Source: Kiritimatiellia bacterium (GTDB taxonomy: Bacteria; Verrucomicrobiota; Kiritimatiellia; RFP12; UBA1067). Taken from it: 49,216 nt of DNA. The translations under genes were made by a program, and so were the position numbers. The stretch is taken from NCBI GenBank assembly GCA_017418445.1, contig JAFONM010000046.1, positions 1 through 49,216 of the forward strand, read 5' to 3'. How positions within the stretch are numbered: the first letter of the stretch is position 1; each line of letters opens with the position of its first letter. This document shows, piece after piece, positions 46,087 to 49,216 of the stretch. The notes below the pieces were generated by a model. That model worked only from the letters and a program-made list of their open reading frames with translations, was not told where the DNA came from and ran no database searches.

Positions 46087-47586
46087 ATGAACCCGATAGA
46101 ACTCAACACTACGGACATCGTATCGTTTCTCCGCAAGCCTCGCGCCTCTTTCAGGAAGGCCGACATCAAGCGTTTCATGAAGGCGAAGTCCATCCGCCAC
46201 GTGAACTTCATGTACGCCGGCGGTGACGGACGGCTCAAGACGCTCAACTTCGTCATCAACGACGACGCCTACCTGGACGAGATCCTCACCTGCGGCGAGC
46301 GAGTCGACGGATCCTCCCTCTTTTCCTACATCGAGGCGAGTTCGTCCGACCTCTACGTGATCCCCCGCTATTCGACGGCTTTCGTGGATCCGTTCGCCGA
46401 GCTCCCGACGCTTTGCCTCCTCTGCTCGTTCTTCAACAAGGACGGCGATCCTCTCGAGTCCTCGCCCGAGTACACGCTCGCCAAGGCCTGCAGCGTCTTC
46501 AGGAAGGAGACAGGACTCGAGTTCCAGGCGATGGGCGAGCTCGAGTACTACGTGATCGCGGCCGACCCCATGACCTTCCCCGCGAAGGATCAGCGGGGAT
46601 ACCATGAGTCCGCCCCGTTCGCGAAGTTCGGCGAGTTCCGCCAGAAGTGCATGCTCGCGATCGCGCAGGCCGGCGGACGCATCAAGTACGGACACAGCGA
46701 GGTGGGCAACTTCACCCAGGACGGACTCGTCTACGAGCAGAACGAGGTCGAGTTCCTTCCGTGCCCCGCCGAGGACGCCGCTAACCAGCTGTCGATCGCG
46801 AAGTGGATCATCCGCAACCTCGGCTCGAAGTACGGCTACGACGTCACCTTCGCGCCGAAGATCACCGTCGGCAAGGCCGGCTCCGGTCTCCACATCCACA
46901 TGCGCCTCATGAAGAACGGCGTCAACCAGATGCTCAGGAACGGCGTAATCAGCGACACCGCGAAGCGCGCGATCGCCGGAATGATGGAGCTCGCGCCGTC
47001 GATCACCGCGTTCGGCAACCGCAATCCCACGAGCTACCTCCGCCTCGTCCCGCACCAGGAGGCGCCGACCAACGTGTGCTGGGGCGACCGCAACAGGTCC
47101 GTCCTCGTGCGCGTCCCGCTGGGCTGGTCGGGGAAGACCGACATGTGCCGCCAGGCGAACCCCGCCGAGACCGCATCGAAGTACGACACGCGTCAGAAGC
47201 AGACGGTCGAGATGCGTTCTCCCGACGCCTCCGCGAACGTCTACCTCCTGATGGCGGCCCTGTGCGTCGCCTGCCGCCGCGGCTTCGCGATGAAGGACGC
47301 GCTCAAGGTGGCGGACGCGACGTACGTGAACGTCAACATCCACAAGAAGGAGAACGCGGCGCTGTTGAAGCGCCTCGCGACGCTGCCGGACAGCTGCGCC
47401 GCCTCGGCGGACGTCCTGGAGCGTCAGCGCGCCGCCTACGAGGAGAAGGGCGTTTTCTCCAAGGCCATGATCGACGGGATCATCGCCGAGCTGAAGTCCT
47501 TCGACGACCGCACGCTTCGCGCCAAGGTGATGAAGTCGAAGTACGAGATGGCGGAGCTCGTCAAGAACTACTTCCACTGCGGCTGA
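46087..47586 (+). CDS. glutamine synthetase family protein
   Basis: GS catalytic-domain motifs KAGSGLHIHM, NPTSYLRLVPHQEAP and NRSVLVRVP; 499 aa. Confidence 0.88.
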   Translation: MNPIELNTTDIVSFLRKPRASFRKADIKRFMKAKSIRHVNFMYAGGDGRLKTLNFVINDDAYLDEILTCGERVDGSSLFSYIEASSSDLYVIPRYSTAFVDPFAELPTLCLLCSFFNKDGDPLESSPEYTLAKACSVFRKETGLEFQAMGELEYYVIAADPMTFPAKDQRGYHESAPFAKFGEFRQKCMLAIAQAGGRIKYGHSEVGNFTQDGLVYEQNEVEFLPCPAEDAANQLSIAKWIIRNLGSKYGYDVTFAPKITVGKAGSGLHIHMRLMKNGVNQMLRNGVISDTAKRAIAGMMELAPSITAFGNRNPTSYLRLVPHQEAPTNVCWGDRNRSVLVRVPLGWSGKTDMCRQANPAETASKYDTRQKQTVEMRSPDASANVYLLMAALCVACRRGFAMKDALKVADATYVNVNIHKKENAALLKRLATLPDSCAASADVLERQRAAYEEKGVFSKAMIDGIIAELKSFDDRTLRAKVMKSKYEMAELVKNYFHCG

Positions 47587-48434
47587 CGCGCCGCCAGATC
47601 GCCAAGGACCTCCTCTACCGCGAGTCCGTCCGTTACGGGGAGGTCCATTTCCACGGTGCGCTCCATGGCGTGCCTCACGAAGTCCGCCGCATGTCTCACG
47701 GCATCGGCGAAATTCGTCCCTCGGACGAGGTCTCCGACGATCACGGCCGAGAACACGTCGCCCGTGCCGCTGCGGTCCGGACCGACCGCCTTCGTTCCGA
47801 TCATCTCGATCCTCGATCCGCGCTTGTACACGCAGTTGAAGATCGTGTCTCCGCGGCGTATCCCTGAAACGACGATGCGCGCGGAGCGCGGCGCCGCGAG
47901 AGCGCTGCACAGCTCCTCGAGCCCCTCGTCGCCGATTTCGGGGTCGTATTCCCTGTTGGCAAGTACGCACGCCTCCGTGAGGTTCGGCGTGAGGACGTCC
48001 GCGACGGACATCAGTTCGCGCATCGATTCCGCAAGATTCCGGTCGTAGGTCGGGTAGAGCTTTCCGTAGTCTCCCATGACGGGATCGACGACTACGAGCG
48101 TCTTCGGAGTGCGGAAGGCGTCGATGAACCGTCGGACGAACTTCACCTGCCTCGCCGAGCCCAGGAATCCCGATGCTATAGCGTCGAAACGGAGTCCCGT
48201 CGCCCTCCAGTCCCTGATGTAGTCGTCGAGCCTGTCGGTGCAGTCCCTCCAGGAGAAGTGCTCGAATCCGGTGTGGTTCGTGAAGATCGCGGTCGGGACG
48301 GCGCAGCACTGGACCTTCATCGCGGACAGTATGGGCGCGGCGACCGCAAGCGAGCATCTGCCGAAGCCCGTGAAGTCGTTTATCACCGCCGCCTTCTTCT
48401 GCCGGTTGTGGTCCTGTCCTGACTGTTTCGCCAT
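47568..48434 (-). CDS. pdxK: pyridoxal/pyridoxamine kinase (ribokinase superfamily)
   Basis: INDFTGFGRCSL, VVDPVMGD and the GTGDVFSA anion hole. Its 3' end overlaps the convergent GS-family gene by 19 nt. Confidence 0.85.
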   Translation of the reverse strand: MAKQSGQDHNRQKKAAVINDFTGFGRCSLAVAAPILSAMKVQCCAVPTAIFTNHTGFEHFSWRDCTDRLDDYIRDWRATGLRFDAIASGFLGSARQVKFVRRFIDAFRTPKTLVVVDPVMGDYGKLYPTYDRNLAESMRELMSVADVLTPNLTEACVLANREYDPEIGDEGLEELCSALAAPRSARIVVSGIRRGDTIFNCVYKRGSRIEMIGTKAVGPDRSGTGDVFSAVIVGDLVRGTNFADAVRHAADFVRHAMERTVEMDLPVTDGLAVEEVLGDLAARQPQWK

Positions 48435-48461
48435 TTCGTTTCGATCCGAATTCCGGCGGCT

Positions 48462-48470
48462 ATTCTACCA
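48462..48470 (-). promoter_or_regulatory. extended -10 box TGGTAGAAT (minus strand) for pdxK
   Basis: The reverse complement of 48462-48470 reads TGGTAGAAT, about 27 nt upstream of ATG 48434. Confidence 0.45.
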
Positions 48471-48527
48471 CACCCGCCCTGCACCGTCAATACCGCCGAA
48501 ATACTGTTCGCCGCCCTCGGCTGAATT

Positions 48528-48538
48528 TGGTACAATAT
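48528..48538 (+). promoter_or_regulatory. extended -10 box TGGTACAATAT for the chaperone-like gene
   Basis: TGnTACAAT in an AT island, with GGGGGA SD and ATG 48583 downstream. Confidence 0.5.
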
Positions 48539-48582
48539 ATACCAACATTGAAAACTGTTTAATTCTGGCAAGGGGGACTGAG

Positions 48583-49053
48583 ATGGAATTCAGGGAGTTG
48601 CTCGCGGCGTTTGCCGCGAAATACGGCGTCGAAGGGCTCGACGGCGCGGACGGCGTCGCGGAGCTCGAGGTCGACGGCATCCGCGTGGAGCTGATAGAAG
48701 ACCCGGAGTCGCGGAGTCTGGTCGCGTGCGCGGAGATCGGGCTTCCGCCGCCAGACGCGAACGGCGCGTTCGGCGCCATGATGCTCAAGGCCAACTTCCT
48801 GCTGCGCGCCACTGCGGGCGCGACGCTCTGCCAGAACCCGGAAACCGGCGCGTACGCCTTGGTGCGCCCGTTCCCGTTGGCTCTGGTGGACGTCGAATCG
48901 CTCGCCGCGGGACTCGAGTCGCTTGTCAACCAGACGGAGAACTGGCGCACGGCGCTTGCGGGTCTGCGCGAGGCCGAAGCCGAGCAGCCCGCGGCCCGGA
49001 AAGTGGACGATTCGCATCACGACATGCTTTCAAGCGGATTCGTCCATGTGTAA
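48583..49053 (+). CDS. type III secretion chaperone-like protein (CesT/SycE-type class I chaperone fold)
   Basis: 156 aa and acidic. The pattern F..LL..F....G...L......V..L.VDG..V.L.ED.ES..LV..A.IG.LP.......ML.AN.......GATL...PETG...L...FPL..VD...L...LE.LV...E.WR is what I know from CesT-family chaperones. Confidence 0.7.
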   Translation: MEFRELLAAFAAKYGVEGLDGADGVAELEVDGIRVELIEDPESRSLVACAEIGLPPPDANGAFGAMMLKANFLLRATAGATLCQNPETGAYALVRPFPLALVDVESLAAGLESLVNQTENWRTALAGLREAEAEQPAARKVDDSHHDMLSSGFVHV

Positions 49054-49087
49054 CCTTTTCGCGGATTGTGTGTATACAGGTTGAGAA

Positions 49088-49122
49088 GTTTAAAGTTTAA
49101 TGTTTAAAGTTTAAAGTTAAGG
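49088..49122. repeat. tandem AT-rich heptamers GTTTAAA GTTTAAT GTTTAAA GTTTAAA GTTAAGG running into a G7 tract (49121-49127)
   Basis: Read directly, immediately upstream of ATG 49131. Confidence 0.8.
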
Positions 49123-49130
49123 GGGGGACA

Positions 49131-49216
49131 ATGCCAGGACAGGTAAATGCAAACTACAGCGCGAATTTCCAGAAGTTCGTTGACTTTGCGAACAAGGCGT
49201 ATGCGACGAAGGGCGA
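49131..49216 (+). CDS. hypothetical protein, N-terminal fragment (continues beyond the window)
   Basis: The ATG is preceded by AAGGGGGGG. The N-terminus MPGQVNANYSANFQKF is polar with no hydrophobic signal peptide. Only 28 codons are visible. Confidence 0.4.
   Translation, partial: MPGQVNANYSANFQKFVDFANKAYATKG

Overview
GC-rich (judged by eye, not computed), very tightly packed chromosomal segment with about 50 protein-coding genes and one tRNA. I saw no rRNA, CRISPR array, transposase or integrase. Nt 1-38898 is almost entirely plus-strand, the only exception being a BASS transporter at 28172-29188. Nt 38873-45972 is a minus-strand block, and the last 3 kb alternates. Most genes are housekeeping: dCMP deaminase, tpiA, dinB, mnmA, araD plus an FGGY kinase and an XylR-like regulator, pheS, corA, tmk, holB, priA, serS, truA, argH, smc, hisC, queC, a glutamine-synthetase-family gene and pdxK. 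The less ordinary content is listed here. (1) Three consecutive secretion/pilus ATPases (PilB-like, PilT, PilB-like) are followed by a tiny membrane ORF, a DUF192 protein and an ECF sigma factor. (2) An eight-gene, translationally coupled minus-strand operon runs: two paralogous lipoproteins, hisC, an NtrB-like kinase, an NtrC-like sigma-54 activator, a membrane-anchored multi-CxxCxGxG zinc-finger protein, a Hanks Ser/Thr kinase, queC. (3) A CesT-like type III secretion chaperone homologue sits next to an AT-rich heptad-repeat/G7 region and a truncated downstream ORF. (4) There is also a divergent MraY-like transferase, an LRR lipoprotein, a prepilin-type protein and a secreted transglutaminase-like/discoidin protein. 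At the sequence level the most striking signal is a recurring AT-rich box, TG(A/G)TATAATATCC, that marks transcription-unit starts. In roughly half the cases it sits 6-10 nt from the start codon, which implies leaderless mRNAs. Start/stop overlaps (ATGA, GTGA, TGATG) are pervasive, and convergent genes overlap at their 3' ends. A PVC-superphylum-like origin (Kiritimatiellota/Lentisphaerota/Verrucomicrobiota) is an inference from gene content only. Many long ORFs in the six-frame track are antisense or out-of-frame artefacts of GC-rich DNA and were rejected.
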